This document shows positions 38,507 through 48,612 of a stretch of DNA of 64,000 nt, one piece after another. The notes under the pieces were generated by a model that made no database searches, had not been told where the DNA came from, and saw only the letters and a list, made by a program, of their open reading frames with translations. A program made the position numbers and the translations under genes. This DNA comes from Longimicrobiales bacterium (GTDB taxonomy: Bacteria > Gemmatimonadota > Gemmatimonadetes > Longimicrobiales > Gaopeijiaceae): assembly GCA_963422615.1 (NCBI GenBank), contig OY730414.1, positions 1,534,302 to 1,598,301 on the forward strand. The letters are read 5' to 3'. Within the stretch, counting starts at the first letter, position 1, and the number at the start of each line of letters is the position of its first letter.

Positions 38507-40068
38507 CGGACTTGCTCAATTCGTTCGGCTACGAGGCATGGATCCTCCACGCGCTCGTCTGGGGACCCGTAGCGGGGATGCTCCATGTTCTCGCAGCCCC
38601 GAAAGACCGGGCAAAGCACATTGCGTTTCGCTGGTCCGCCGTACTCTTCGTCGTGAGCCTGGGGCTCTGGTGGGCCTTTGATCCGAGTGGCGGCTTTGCC
38701 TTCAGATCGTCGGTTCCGTGGATTCGGTCCTGGGGCGCGGAGTATGCCCTGGGCTTGGACGGAATTTCCCTTTTCATGGTACTGCTGACGACGTTCATGA
38801 CGCCCATCGCGATTCTGGGGTCATTCAAGTACGTCCAGTCCCGCCGAAGGGCGTTCTACGCCCTCATGCTGCTCTTGGAAACGGGGGTGGTCGGCGTCTT
38901 TTTGTCCATGGATCTGCTTCTCTTCTACGTGTTTTTCGAGCTCACCCTGGTGCCCATGTACTTCATTGTGGGCATCTGGGGCGGGACGCGAAGGATCTAC
39001 GCGGCGGTCAAGTTCTTCATCTACACGGCCGTTGGCTCTCTGCTGATGCTCGTTGCCATCCTCTACATATACTTCAGCAGCGGCGCGGATTCTTTTGCCT
39101 ACGACGCATTCCTGGCCGCCGATCTGACGTTGACCGAGCAACTTTGGCTCTTTGCAGCCTTTGCGCTGGCGTTCGGGATCAAGGTGCCCGTCTTCCCCTT
39201 TCACACTTGGCTTCCGGACGCCCATGTGGAGGCCCCCACGCCCGGATCGGTGATCCTGGCCGCCGTGCTGCTCAAGATGGGCGCCTACGGCTTCTTGCGT
39301 TTGCTTCTTCCCTTCTTCCCCCATGCCGTCCAGCACCCCACCGTCGTCACGGTCATGATGACCCTGGGGGTCGTGGGAATCATCTATGCAGCCTGGGTCG
39401 CTGCGGTTCAGCCGGATGCGAAGAAACTGGTCGCCTATACGTCTGTGGCCCACATGGGGTTCGTCGTGATCGGGGTGTTCGCCCTCACGGTCAACGGCCT
39501 GCAGGGCGGCTTGGTGGTCATGATCAGCCACGGCGTGTCAACGGGCACCCTTTTTCTTCTCCTGGGCATGATGTATGAGCGCCGCAAAACCCGCCTGATT
39601 CAGGACTTTGGCGGCATTGCCCGCGTGGCCCCCTTCTTTGCCACCGCCTTTGTCATCACCGCCCTGGCTTCGATCGGGCTTCCCGGAACGAGCGGTTTTG
39701 TGGGGGAATTCCTGGCTCTTCTGGGGGCCTTTGAGACCCATGCAACGGCTGCGGTCATTGCGGCTTTGGGGGTCATCTTTGCCGCCTATTACATGTTGCC
39801 CATGGTACAGCGAATCCTTTTCAACGAGCTCAGCGAACCCGAGAACCGAACCTTTCCGGATCTCTCACGGCGGGAGAAAGTGATCCTGACGCCCCTGGTT
39901 GCGCTGATGATCTGGATCGGCGTCCACCCGACCCCTTTCCTGGACCGAATGGGACCGAGCGTTGACCGGGTACTGGAACGAGTGGAGGGCGCACGCACGG
40001 GATTTGCTTCCCTCACGCCTGAGCTGGGCGTCCGGCTCGAGGGTTCGATCCCGGAATCGGAGGACTGA
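38503..40068 (+). CDS. nuoM: NADH-quinone oxidoreductase subunit M
   Basis: 'FFEL', 'KVPVFPFHTWLPDAHVEAPT', 'LLKMG', 'GLPGTSGFVGE'. Confidence 0.96.
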   Translation: MTDLLNSFGYEAWILHALVWGPVAGMLHVLAAPKDRAKHIAFRWSAVLFVVSLGLWWAFDPSGGFAFRSSVPWIRSWGAEYALGLDGISLFMVLLTTFMTPIAILGSFKYVQSRRRAFYALMLLLETGVVGVFLSMDLLLFYVFFELTLVPMYFIVGIWGGTRRIYAAVKFFIYTAVGSLLMLVAILYIYFSSGADSFAYDAFLAADLTLTEQLWLFAAFALAFGIKVPVFPFHTWLPDAHVEAPTPGSVILAAVLLKMGAYGFLRLLLPFFPHAVQHPTVVTVMMTLGVVGIIYAAWVAAVQPDAKKLVAYTSVAHMGFVVIGVFALTVNGLQGGLVVMISHGVSTGTLFLLLGMMYERRKTRLIQDFGGIARVAPFFATAFVITALASIGLPGTSGFVGEFLALLGAFETHATAAVIAALGVIFAAYYMLPMVQRILFNELSEPENRTFPDLSRREKVILTPLVALMIWIGVHPTPFLDRMGPSVDRVLERVEGARTGFASLTPELGVRLEGSIPESED

Positions 40069-40071
40069 ACC

Positions 40072-41571
40072 GTGCTTCTCGACTACACCTCCGGCTTTCA
40101 CTACGTCCTGGCGCTGCTCCCGGAAGTCGTCCTGTCGGCCTGGGGTATGGTGATTCTGGTGCTCGGTGTTTCCGGAAAGCGGGACGGGGCCCCGGGCCAG
40201 GAACTGGGATGGCTTGCCTTGGTCGGAATCGCGGCCGCTGCGATCGCCAACGGCTGGCTCTATTCGGGCGTGACCGAAGAGGGTGCGGCAGCGATGATCG
40301 CCGTGGACAAGTTCCGCCTGTTCGCCAACTGGATCTTCCTGCTGGGGGCCGCGTTTTGCATCGTCATTTCCTTGGCCTATGTGGCTAGGCAGAAGCTCCA
40401 GGCGGGTGAGTATTACGCGCTAATGCTCTTCGCCACCGTGGGAATGATGTTCATGGCCTCGGCCCGGGATCTGATGATCATCTTTCTGGGCCTGGAGCTC
40501 ATGTCCATCGGCGTCTATGCCCTCGCCGGGTTCAATCGAAGGGACCGTCGTTCGGCCGAAGCGGGACTCAAGTACTTCCTGCTGGGCGCATTTGCCAGTG
40601 GCTTCCTTCTCTTCGGCATCGCTCTTGTGTACGGCGCCACCGGGAGCACGAACATCCATTCCATCGCCGTTGCCGTTCAAGACGGGGCTGTGGCGGGAAG
40701 GCTCCTGGTTTCGGGCGTGGCGCTTCTTGCGGTCGGATTCGCCTTCAAGGTGTCGGCGGTTCCCTTCCACATGTGGACGCCGGATGTGTACGAGGGCGCC
40801 CCGGCGCCGGTCACCGCATTCATGGCCGCGTCCGTCAAAGCGGCCGCCTTTGTCGCCTTTCTACGGGTGTTCCTGGTCGGTCTTGACGGGGTATACGACC
40901 AGTGGTGGGGGGTCCTGTGGTGGATCGCGACCGCCACCATGGTGGTCGGCAACGTAGTGGCCCTGGTTCAGTCCAGTGTCAAGCGGATGCTCGCCTACTC
41001 GTCCGTTGCACACGGCGGATACCTTCTCGTGGCGCTTGTGGCGGCCAACGATGCGGCCGCGGCGGGACTTCTGTTCTACCTTCTCGTGTACACCGTGATG
41101 AACATCGGGGCGTTTGCCATCGTGGTTGCCGTCGGCAATCAGTCCGAGGGCGGTTCCCGGATCGAGGACTACCGGGACTTCGGGTGGCGGAAACCGGTTC
41201 TAGGCGTTTTCATGACCCTTTTTCTTCTTTCTCTTGCGGGCTTCCCAGGGACAGGGGGGTTCATGGCGAAGGTCTTCCTCCTGCAGGGTGCCATGGAGGC
41301 CCGGTTGTGGCGGTTGAGCGTGATCCTCGTCGTCACCACGGTGATCTCGTACTGGTACTACCTGCGGGTGGCGTGGTTCATGTGGATGAAGAAGGCTCCG
41401 GAGAGGAAGGATGAGCAGAACATCACGCCCTTTGCCACCCATGTCGTGCTCTTCGCTGCCGCTGGGCTCATCCTCCTGACCGGCATCTTTCCCGGAGCCG
41501 CTTTGGAGTTGGCGTTGGAGGCGGTTGAAGGGCTGCGTTACGTTGCGGCCGGAATGGGGACGGGCCCCTGA
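40072..41571 (+). CDS. nuoN: NADH-quinone oxidoreductase subunit N
   Basis: 'EAGLKYF', 'FKVSAVPFHMWTPDVYEGAP', 'KRMLAYSS', 'SLAGFP'. Confidence 0.96.
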   Translation: MLLDYTSGFHYVLALLPEVVLSAWGMVILVLGVSGKRDGAPGQELGWLALVGIAAAAIANGWLYSGVTEEGAAAMIAVDKFRLFANWIFLLGAAFCIVISLAYVARQKLQAGEYYALMLFATVGMMFMASARDLMIIFLGLELMSIGVYALAGFNRRDRRSAEAGLKYFLLGAFASGFLLFGIALVYGATGSTNIHSIAVAVQDGAVAGRLLVSGVALLAVGFAFKVSAVPFHMWTPDVYEGAPAPVTAFMAASVKAAAFVAFLRVFLVGLDGVYDQWWGVLWWIATATMVVGNVVALVQSSVKRMLAYSSVAHGGYLLVALVAANDAAAAGLLFYLLVYTVMNIGAFAIVVAVGNQSEGGSRIEDYRDFGWRKPVLGVFMTLFLLSLAGFPGTGGFMAKVFLLQGAMEARLWRLSVILVVTTVISYWYYLRVAWFMWMKKAPERKDEQNITPFATHVVLFAAAGLILLTGIFPGAALELALEAVEGLRYVAAGMGTGP

Positions 41572-41582
41572 AGCGAAGCGCC

Positions 41583-42977
41583 ATGGACCTCGCGGAGCAT
41601 ATCTTTCGTCAGTATGACATTCGGGGCGTGGTCAATAACGACCTGAATCCCGTCGTGGCTCAAGCGGTGGGGCGGGCCTATGCCTCGGAGTTACGGGAGA
41701 GAACGTCGGTTCCTGTGCCCTCTGTCGTGGTGGGAGAGGATAACCGCCCGTCCTCTCGAGGCTTGGCCGCAGGACTGATCCAGGGTCTCAGGGCGGGGGG
41801 TTGCGATGTGGTTCATTTGGGCGTCGTCCCCACCCCGGTAACCTACTTCAGCGAATACCTTCTGGCGGCTTCCGGATCGGTCCAGGTCACCGGTTCCCAC
41901 AACCCGCCCGAGTACAACGGGATCAAGATGACCGTTGGAAGGGCGTCCATTCACGGAGACCGAATACAGCGACTCTTGTGGCGCATTCGGGAGGGCCGTC
42001 TGGAAGAAGATGGTGGCTTACCCGTCGGCGCCCTGGAGGTCCGAGATGTATTGCCGGAGTACGTTGCCGACGTAGCGGGACGCTGTCGGATCGCCCGGCC
42101 CGTAAGGGTGGTGGTGGACTGCGGAAACGGAACCGGGTCGGTTGTCGCGGTCAAGCTCCTTGAAGCCGTGGGGGGAGAGGTTATTCCCCTCTACTGCGAA
42201 TCGGACGGCACTTTCCCGAACCATCATCCCGACCCCTCCCAGGATGCGTGCGTGCAAGACCTTGTGGCCACCGTCCGAACCCATGGCGCCGAGCTCGGCA
42301 TCGGCTTTGACGGCGATGCCGACCGCATCGGGGCGGTGGACGACCGAGGCAACATCGTCCGGGCCGACATCCTGCTCCTTCTCTTCGGCCTGGATCTGCT
42401 TCGGCGAAAGGGCCCGGGGGAGAAGCTCATCTTCGACGTGAAGTGCTCTCAGATCCTGCCGGACGAGTTCGAGAAGGCGGGCGGCGTCCCTTCCATGTGG
42501 AAGACGGGGCACTCCCTCATCAAAGAAAGGATGAGAGAAACGGGTGCCGCCATCGCGGGAGAGCTTTCCGGCCACCTCTGCTTTGCCGACGACTATTACG
42601 GCTTCGACGATGCCCTCTACGCCGCCTGTCGCCTCCTGAAGTTGGTTGCCGACGGGAGAGACTCCCTTTCGGAGATGGCCGGGGCCTTGCCGGCGTACGC
42701 TTCGACTCCCGAGCTGAGAGTCGAAGTGGCAGAGGAGGAAAAGTTCGAGCTTGTGGAACGGGCTCGGGTGCACTTCGCCGCCCGTTACAAAGTGAACGCC
42801 GTGGACGGGGTGCGCATTCTCTTCGGAGATGGATGGGGGTTGGTCCGGGCTTCCAACACGCAGCCGGTTGTCGTGACGAGGTACGAAGCCAGAAATGCTG
42901 AACGACTCCGGGAGATTCAGGACACGGTAGAAGGTTGGCTACGGCGGCAAGGTGTTCAGGTGGAGATCGACTCCTAG
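41583..42977 (+). CDS. Phosphomannomutase/phosphoglucomutase (AlgC-like)
   Basis: 'FRQYDIRG', 'TGSHNP', 'FDGDADR', 'GELSGH', 'RASNT'. Confidence 0.95.
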   Translation: MDLAEHIFRQYDIRGVVNNDLNPVVAQAVGRAYASELRERTSVPVPSVVVGEDNRPSSRGLAAGLIQGLRAGGCDVVHLGVVPTPVTYFSEYLLAASGSVQVTGSHNPPEYNGIKMTVGRASIHGDRIQRLLWRIREGRLEEDGGLPVGALEVRDVLPEYVADVAGRCRIARPVRVVVDCGNGTGSVVAVKLLEAVGGEVIPLYCESDGTFPNHHPDPSQDACVQDLVATVRTHGAELGIGFDGDADRIGAVDDRGNIVRADILLLLFGLDLLRRKGPGEKLIFDVKCSQILPDEFEKAGGVPSMWKTGHSLIKERMRETGAAIAGELSGHLCFADDYYGFDDALYAACRLLKLVADGRDSLSEMAGALPAYASTPELRVEVAEEEKFELVERARVHFAARYKVNAVDGVRILFGDGWGLVRASNTQPVVVTRYEARNAERLREIQDTVEGWLRRQGVQVEIDS

Positions 42978-43105
42978 GGAACGACATCAGTCGGACTTGA
43001 AGGAGCGGACTTTGAAGGGGCGGAGCGGGGACTGTCGGGAGCCTGCTGGGAGTCCTTCCAGGGCCCGTTCAACCATACCCGTGCCCGTATTTCCGTTCCG
43101 AGGGA

Positions 43106-43845
43106 GTGCTCACCCCATCCGCCCCAGAGAGGACAGTTTGGATCGGACTTGCCCTCGTGGTGGCGTGCGACGCGCCTGATTCCCGGTCCCAATCGTCCGT
43201 TTCTTCCGACGCTTGGCAGCCATCTCCGTACATCGATGTGACTGCCTTCAGCGAAGCCTTTGAAGTCGTACGTTCCCTGACCTTGGAAGAGAGCGACCAG
43301 ACGATGGTGCAGCCTAGGGTAACCGCGGTTGGAGGAAGCGAGGAGTAGTTCCTGCTCACGGAGCCCTCGGAGGGCCAAGTAAACCTGTACGATACCGATG
43401 TCGGCTCAAGCGCGTTTTCGGCCGCAAGGGCAGGGGGCCCGGGGAGTTTCAGGTTCCCCTTTCCGCTCGGAAGAACCTTGAAGGACACATCATGGTGGTA
43501 GATCTGCTCCTTTCACCGTCCTTGAAGCCGATACGATATGGGCCGTCTGGTCGCTCTCGGATACGGTGTACAAGTTTGACCGGAAGGGCTCCCGACTCGC
43601 GGCGCTTCCAATGCTGCTTGCTAGGCCGATGGGTACCCTGCCCGGTGCAGAAGATGCCATGATTTCCGAATCCGGGGCCATACAGACGTTGATGGACGCG
43701 ATCACGCAGATTTCCGACCTATTCGTTCTGGAAAACGGGGATCTGGTGGTCCAGTCGTTTCAGTCAAGGGGGAACGATGCGGTGTGGGACCTCCTGATCC
43801 TGGACAGGCAGGGAGAGATCCGCCTGAGCGCCGCCAACATGCCGA
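43106..43845 (+). pseudogene. Disrupted 6-bladed beta-propeller (NHL/TolB-like) lipoprotein
   Basis: Lipobox 'LVVAC', in-frame TAG at 43346-43348, coding continues 'FLLTEPSEGQVNLYDTD', frameshift near 43400 into 'RLKRVFGRKGRGPGEF', then a third frame 'VYKFDRKG...LLILDRQG'. Confidence 0.75.
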
Positions 43846-43847
43846 CT

Positions 43848-43873
43848 GGCGGGCCTTTCCGCGTCCGCCGTTT
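43848..43873 (+). terminator. Possible intrinsic terminator hairpin
   Basis: GGCGGGC/GTCCGCC stem followed by GTTT, in the gap between convergent units; T-tract is short. Confidence 0.3.
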
Positions 43874-44027
43874 GCTTCCTATTGGCCAAACCGCCGAAGC
43901 GCTGTGTCCCGCAAGAACACAACCGTCCCACAACCGTCCCGACGGGAAGACGCCAGGGTGGGGAGGGTCTCCCAGCGCTCGGAGAAGTTCGGCAAGAGGG
44001 GATGCCTGCTCAGGACAATCAACAAAC

Positions 44028-44756
44028 TCAAAAGGTCGAAACCGCTACATTCCCCAGAGTGTCGGCTTCAATCGTCTCTTCCGTCCAGTAGGGCTCACCG
44101 TACTTTCGCCGGATGAGAGAACCGTATGCTGCGTGGATGTAGCGGACTTGGTCAAGAAAGGGCCTGTCTTCCCCGGGGAATACCTCTCCGGCTCCGCTTT
44201 TTCCCGAAAACTGGGACCTATAGGACGACAGAGCTTCGATCTTTTGGTCCATTTGGTCGGTGATGTTCACGACGAAGGTCGGCTTGACGGGATGCTCCCG
44301 AAAGGCCAGCGCGTAGACGACCTTTGCGGGACGGTGAGAGGGTCCCCTTCCTGGAAAGTTCTTCAGACCCGCCAAGAAGGCGGCATCCCTGACAAGGCGA
44401 GCAGCGGTTGCGTGGTCCGGATGTCTCCCACGCGTCGAGTGGGTGACAACGACCCGTGGACGAAGCCTGCGAATCATTCCGGCGACCGCGACCCGGGACG
44501 CTTGGTCGTTGGTCAAACCCGAGTCCGGAAGGCCGACACAACGGCGATCCGTCAGCCCCATCACTTCGGCCGCGGCTGCCGCCTCCCGAGCCCGGGAAGC
44601 CTTGGTTCCCCGTGAGCCCGCTTCCCCGGCGGTCAAGTCCAACACCCCGGTCCGTTGCCCTGTCTCTGCCGACTTGATGAGAGCGCCACCGCAGAAGATT
44701 TCGGCGTCGTCCGGATGGGCCATGATGGCAAGGACGTCCAGGGCTTCGGGGGTCAT
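44028..44756 (-). CDS. bshB1: Bacillithiol biosynthesis deacetylase BshB1 (PIG-L family)
   Basis: 'AHPDDAE', 'DLTAGEAGSRG', 'R..EA', 'GRHPDH', 'AAFLAGL', 'SQF', 'YGEPY'. Confidence 0.85.
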   Translation of the reverse strand: MTPEALDVLAIMAHPDDAEIFCGGALIKSAETGQRTGVLDLTAGEAGSRGTKASRAREAAAAAEVMGLTDRRCVGLPDSGLTNDQASRVAVAGMIRRLRPRVVVTHSTRGRHPDHATAARLVRDAAFLAGLKNFPGRGPSHRPAKVVYALAFREHPVKPTFVVNITDQMDQKIEALSSYRSQFSGKSGAGEVFPGEDRPFLDQVRYIHAAYGSLIRRKYGEPYWTEETIEADTLGNVAVSTF

Positions 44757-46036
44757 TCGTACCGCAGGGCGTCCACCGGGTTCAGCTTTGATGCCCGCAA
44801 AGCGGGGAGCAACCCAAACAGAATTCCGGTTACGGCCGCTAAGGAGATCGCAGCAAAAACCGACCAGATCGGAATCCGAGTGGGGATAGGCGTGATGGAA
44901 GCGACAATCTCCGAAGCGCCCCAACCGACCAGGAGACCGACTGCGCCTCCAAATGCGGTAAGCAGGGATGCCTCGATCAAAAACTGCCACATGATATCCC
45001 GCCGGGTTCCGCCTAGGGCTTTCCGTATGCCGATCTCCCGGGTTCGTTCGGTAACGGAGATCAACATGATTCCAATCACACCGATCCCGCCGACCAGCAT
45101 GCCGATGGAGGAGAGGCCCACCATGGCTGCGAAGAACATTGACGTGAGTTGGTCAAACAAATCAATCATCTGCTCCGTGCGAATGACCGCGAAGTCGTTC
45201 TCTTCGCTAGGTCCGAGACCACGCATGGAACGAAGCGTGGATACGATCTGATCCTCCGCATCAGAACGGGTCACGTTCTCCTTGGGCACGACCTGAACCG
45301 CCATGAACGTCCAACGATCCCGAGCTTTCAGCCGTTTGTCGGCGGCTGTATAGGGAACGACCCCGAAGTTTTCTTCCAACTCCCCGAAAACATTGTCGGC
45401 GGGTTTGAAAACACCGATCACGGTAAAGAGCTCGTTGGCGGCGCGGCGGCCCGCGTTCACCCGGACCCGCTTGCCGATCGGGTCCAGCTGGCCGAAAAGG
45501 GCCTCGGCCAGCTTCTCCGATACCGCCATGACCGCTCTGGCCTGATTGATTTCGGCAATCGTAAAGTCCCTGCCGCTGATGAGTTCAGCGTCAATGTACG
45601 CTGCCCACCCTGGGGAAGAGGCCCGCCAGTTCACGTCGGTGAGCCAATCGGACTCAAAGCGAATGGCGGCCCTGAAGTCGTACGCGGCGATTGCTTCGGC
45701 GACACCGGGAAGACTCTGTATGCGGCGGACTTCCCGATTGCTGATGTCGGGTCGGTTCCACCACGGGGGCCTTCCGGATCCGTCCGTGGAAATGCGCACT
45801 TCGGTGAAGTCGAACGGCATCACCACAAAATTGTCGGGTCCCGATGAACTGACCGCATCCAAGACGTCGCTGCGTATTCCGGTGATCAGAGCGGCGATGG
45901 TGACCACCACACCGGTACCGACGGCGACGCCCACGACGGCCAGCACGGCCCGAAGCCAGTTTCCGCGGAGGGCGTCGGCGGCGACGCGCAACCCCTCAAA
46001 GAGAGCCTTTCCGGTGGAGCCGGTTGGTTCGTTCAT
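44753..46036 (-). CDS. MacB/FtsX-like ABC transporter permease
   Basis: TM1, large periplasmic domain, 'VGGIGVIGIMLISVTERTREIGIRKALG', 'PVDALRYE'. Confidence 0.93.
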   Translation of the reverse strand: MNEPTGSTGKALFEGLRVAADALRGNWLRAVLAVVGVAVGTGVVVTIAALITGIRSDVLDAVSSSGPDNFVVMPFDFTEVRISTDGSGRPPWWNRPDISNREVRRIQSLPGVAEAIAAYDFRAAIRFESDWLTDVNWRASSPGWAAYIDAELISGRDFTIAEINQARAVMAVSEKLAEALFGQLDPIGKRVRVNAGRRAANELFTVIGVFKPADNVFGELEENFGVVPYTAADKRLKARDRWTFMAVQVVPKENVTRSDAEDQIVSTLRSMRGLGPSEENDFAVIRTEQMIDLFDQLTSMFFAAMVGLSSIGMLVGGIGVIGIMLISVTERTREIGIRKALGGTRRDIMWQFLIEASLLTAFGGAVGLLVGWGASEIVASITPIPTRIPIWSVFAAISLAAVTGILFGLLPALRASKLNPVDALRYE

Positions 46037-47278
46037 TTACTCATACCTCAGAGCTTCTACGGGGTCCAGCCTCGCAGCCCGTGCTGCCGGGTAGACTCCG
46101 GAGACGACGCCCACGCCCACGCCCAACATGATTCCGAATACCATCCATTTGGCAGCGACGACTGCGGGCAAGGGTGAGACGGCTCCGACGAGGACGGTGA
46201 GCCCGGCCCCGACGCCAACACCGATCATCGCGCCGATTCCGGACAGGGTAATGGTCTCGATCAGCACCTGAACCAAGATGTCGTTGCGACGGGCTCCGAT
46301 CGCCTTGCGGATGCCGATTTCTCGCGTTCTCTCCATAACGGTCACGAGCATGATGTTCATGATGACGATTCCGCCGACGACCAGGGAGATGCCGACCAAA
46401 CCTGGCAGCGAAAGAAATAGAATTCGGCTGATGCGATCCCAGAACCCCAAAGATGCTTCGGTGGTCTCGGCCGCAAAGTTGTTCAGCTCCGTCGGCCGCA
46501 GCTGCCGCCGGATCCGCATGATCTCCTCGGCCTCCCTTTGGAGGGGGATGACCAACTCGGGAACGTCCGCCTTGATCACGATTTCGTCAACGATGCCGCG
46601 AGGATTTACGAAACTCTGTACCGGGGACCGGGCGGGTGCGACGGCCAGGTTGTCCAGAGACTGGCCAAAGAACGATCCCCGCTCTTCCAGGACGCCGATG
46701 ACCCGAAAGGGGAACCCCCGGATCCGAACCGTCTTGCCCAGGGGGTCGATCGCTCCAAAAAGCGCGTCGGCGGCGGAGTTTCCCAGAACGACCACCGGGG
46801 TGCCTCGTTCGGCTTCCATGCCGCTGAATACTCGCCCCCGCTCCACCTTCAGGTTGCGAATCTCGAACATCTCGGCGGTGGAGCCACGGATGCGCACATT
46901 CTCAATCTTGAGCCCCTGCGCCGATTCGATTTCGCCCGACCCGCCGGATTCCGCACCGACAATCGAGGGCAGTGTAAGCCGTTCGCGAAGGTGATCCAGG
47001 TCTTCGTAGGTGAGTCGGGGAGAACGCCACCATGCTCTGCGTTGTTCGGCAGATGTGTTCAGGTCGTTTCTGGGCCACCGCCTGACCGACACGGTGTTCA
47101 CACCCAAGATCTTGTCGACAAGGGTTTCGCGTACGTAACGGTCCATCCCCTCAACGACGCCGACCACCAGAACCAGGAACATGACCCCGACAATGACCCC
47201 CAAGAGATTGAAGAAGCTCTTGAGCTTCTGGGTTCGGATCTGTTCCGCCGCCAGGCGCACTCCTTCCAGGATTTTCAT
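46037..47278 (-). CDS. MacB/FtsX-like ABC transporter permease
   Basis: 'VGGIVIMNIMLVTVMERTREIGIRKAIGA', 'DPVEALRYE'. Confidence 0.93.
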   Translation of the reverse strand: MKILEGVRLAAEQIRTQKLKSFFNLLGVIVGVMFLVLVVGVVEGMDRYVRETLVDKILGVNTVSVRRWPRNDLNTSAEQRRAWWRSPRLTYEDLDHLRERLTLPSIVGAESGGSGEIESAQGLKIENVRIRGSTAEMFEIRNLKVERGRVFSGMEAERGTPVVVLGNSAADALFGAIDPLGKTVRIRGFPFRVIGVLEERGSFFGQSLDNLAVAPARSPVQSFVNPRGIVDEIVIKADVPELVIPLQREAEEIMRIRRQLRPTELNNFAAETTEASLGFWDRISRILFLSLPGLVGISLVVGGIVIMNIMLVTVMERTREIGIRKAIGARRNDILVQVLIETITLSGIGAMIGVGVGAGLTVLVGAVSPLPAVVAAKWMVFGIMLGVGVGVVSGVYPAARAARLDPVEALRYE

Positions 47279-47291
47279 TCGCCTTGGACCG

Positions 47292-48602
47292 TCAGCCTGA
47301 GCCGTCGGGTGCGGCCCCCGGTTCTGACCGACTGTCTTCCTGAACGTAGTCCCCGTCCGACAGGGTTCTCACTACCTGATAGGGTCCGCTCACCACCGTG
47401 TCTCCATCAGAAAGTCCCGAGAGTACTTCGAAGTATTCCTGCCCGGCGATCCCGATCTCTACCGGGGTAAAGGTGACTTGACCCTCCTGAACCACGAACA
47501 CGCCCTCAACGGGCTCCGGAACAACACCCGCTCCGTCGTCTTCGTCCTCTGTTGGCGTTGTGTCACTGTCGCCAACCGCCGCTGCCGAATCAGGGTCCAG
47601 TTCGCGCACGGTCAGGGCGATGATGGGTACGCTCAGCTGGTCAACTCGGGTGGCGGTAATCAAGTCGGCCGTGGCCGACAGGTCGGGGCGAAGTTCGACC
47701 AATGCGTCCTGCAGGGTGACGACGACCTCAAAGTCAATGGTGGGCGTCTGCCCCGTGCCCGCTGCCTGGGTGGGGGATCGAATCGCGCTGTTTCCGATCT
47801 CCGTCACCACCCCGAGAAACTTCTTGTCGGGAAAGGCATCCAGCTCCACATCCGCACTGTCCCCCAATGAGATTTCGGGCACGTCGGTTTCGTCCACTGC
47901 TAGGACGACCTCCATTACCGAAAGGTCCGAAACCGTGAGCACCAAGCTGCCTGGGTTGTTCATGGTCCCCACGATGACCGTTTCGCCCTGTTCGACGTTG
48001 AGGCGCGTAACCCGCCCCGATATGGGAGCCCGTATGATCGTCTTGGAGAGCTGGTCGGTCGCCTCTTCGACGGAAGCCTGCGCTTGGTTTACCCCGTACT
48101 CGGCGGCCTCCAGGAGGGATCGCTGCACCTCGAGATCGGTCTGGGCGTTCTCCACATCCTGACGGCTCACCAGAAGGGAGTCCCGAGCTCGGAGTGAGGC
48201 CATGCGTTCCGCTTCTCGATTGGCACGCCCGAAGTTTGCCTGCACCTGCGCCACTTGGGCTTGGGCCTGGCTGAGCGTTGCCCGGCTCTGGTTCAAGGAT
48301 GCTTGATATCGACTGGGGTCGAGGCGGAGAAGAATCCGACCCTCCTCGACATCTTCCCCCTCTTCCACGAGCAACTCCGCGACGCGGGCCGAGATGTCCG
48401 AGCTGACGTCCACCTTCCGCCGCGCTCTCACGTTTCCACTTGCGGTAACCGTAGCGACCAGATCCCGCCGGTCGACGGTTTCCATGCGGACTTCGATTCC
48501 CCGCCCTTGCCCGCCGCCCGATCTCGAGATCGTCATGATTGCGGCGACGGCGAATACGCCGGCTAGGGCGGCTCCGATGATGATTTTCTTTTTGGTTCGC
48601 AT
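47292..48602 (-). CDS. Efflux periplasmic adaptor (MacA/HlyD-like membrane fusion protein)
   Basis: N-terminal TM, 'ASG.V', lipoyl-like 'LLVEEGEDV', coiled coil, 'IRAPISG.V', 'VDETD', 'SGLSDGD.VV.GPY'. Confidence 0.93.
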   Translation of the reverse strand: MRTKKKIIIGAALAGVFAVAAIMTISRSGGGQGRGIEVRMETVDRRDLVATVTASGNVRARRKVDVSSDISARVAELLVEEGEDVEEGRILLRLDPSRYQASLNQSRATLSQAQAQVAQVQANFGRANREAERMASLRARDSLLVSRQDVENAQTDLEVQRSLLEAAEYGVNQAQASVEEATDQLSKTIIRAPISGRVTRLNVEQGETVIVGTMNNPGSLVLTVSDLSVMEVVLAVDETDVPEISLGDSADVELDAFPDKKFLGVVTEIGNSAIRSPTQAAGTGQTPTIDFEVVVTLQDALVELRPDLSATADLITATRVDQLSVPIIALTVRELDPDSAAAVGDSDTTPTEDEDDGAGVVPEPVEGVFVVQEGQVTFTPVEIGIAGQEYFEVLSGLSDGDTVVSGPYQVVRTLSDGDYVQEDSRSEPGAAPDGSG

Positions 48603-48612
48603 GGGTGGCGTC

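Noticed and set aside
43346..43348. In-frame TAG as pyrrolysine or readthrough recoding
   Set aside because: Additional frameshifts follow within 60-170 nt, so pseudogenisation is the simpler explanation.
44000..48600. Somewhat lower GC in the exporter genes, suggesting horizontal transfer
   Set aside because: Judged by eye only, explainable by membrane-protein composition, and no integrase, tRNA or flanking repeats were seen.
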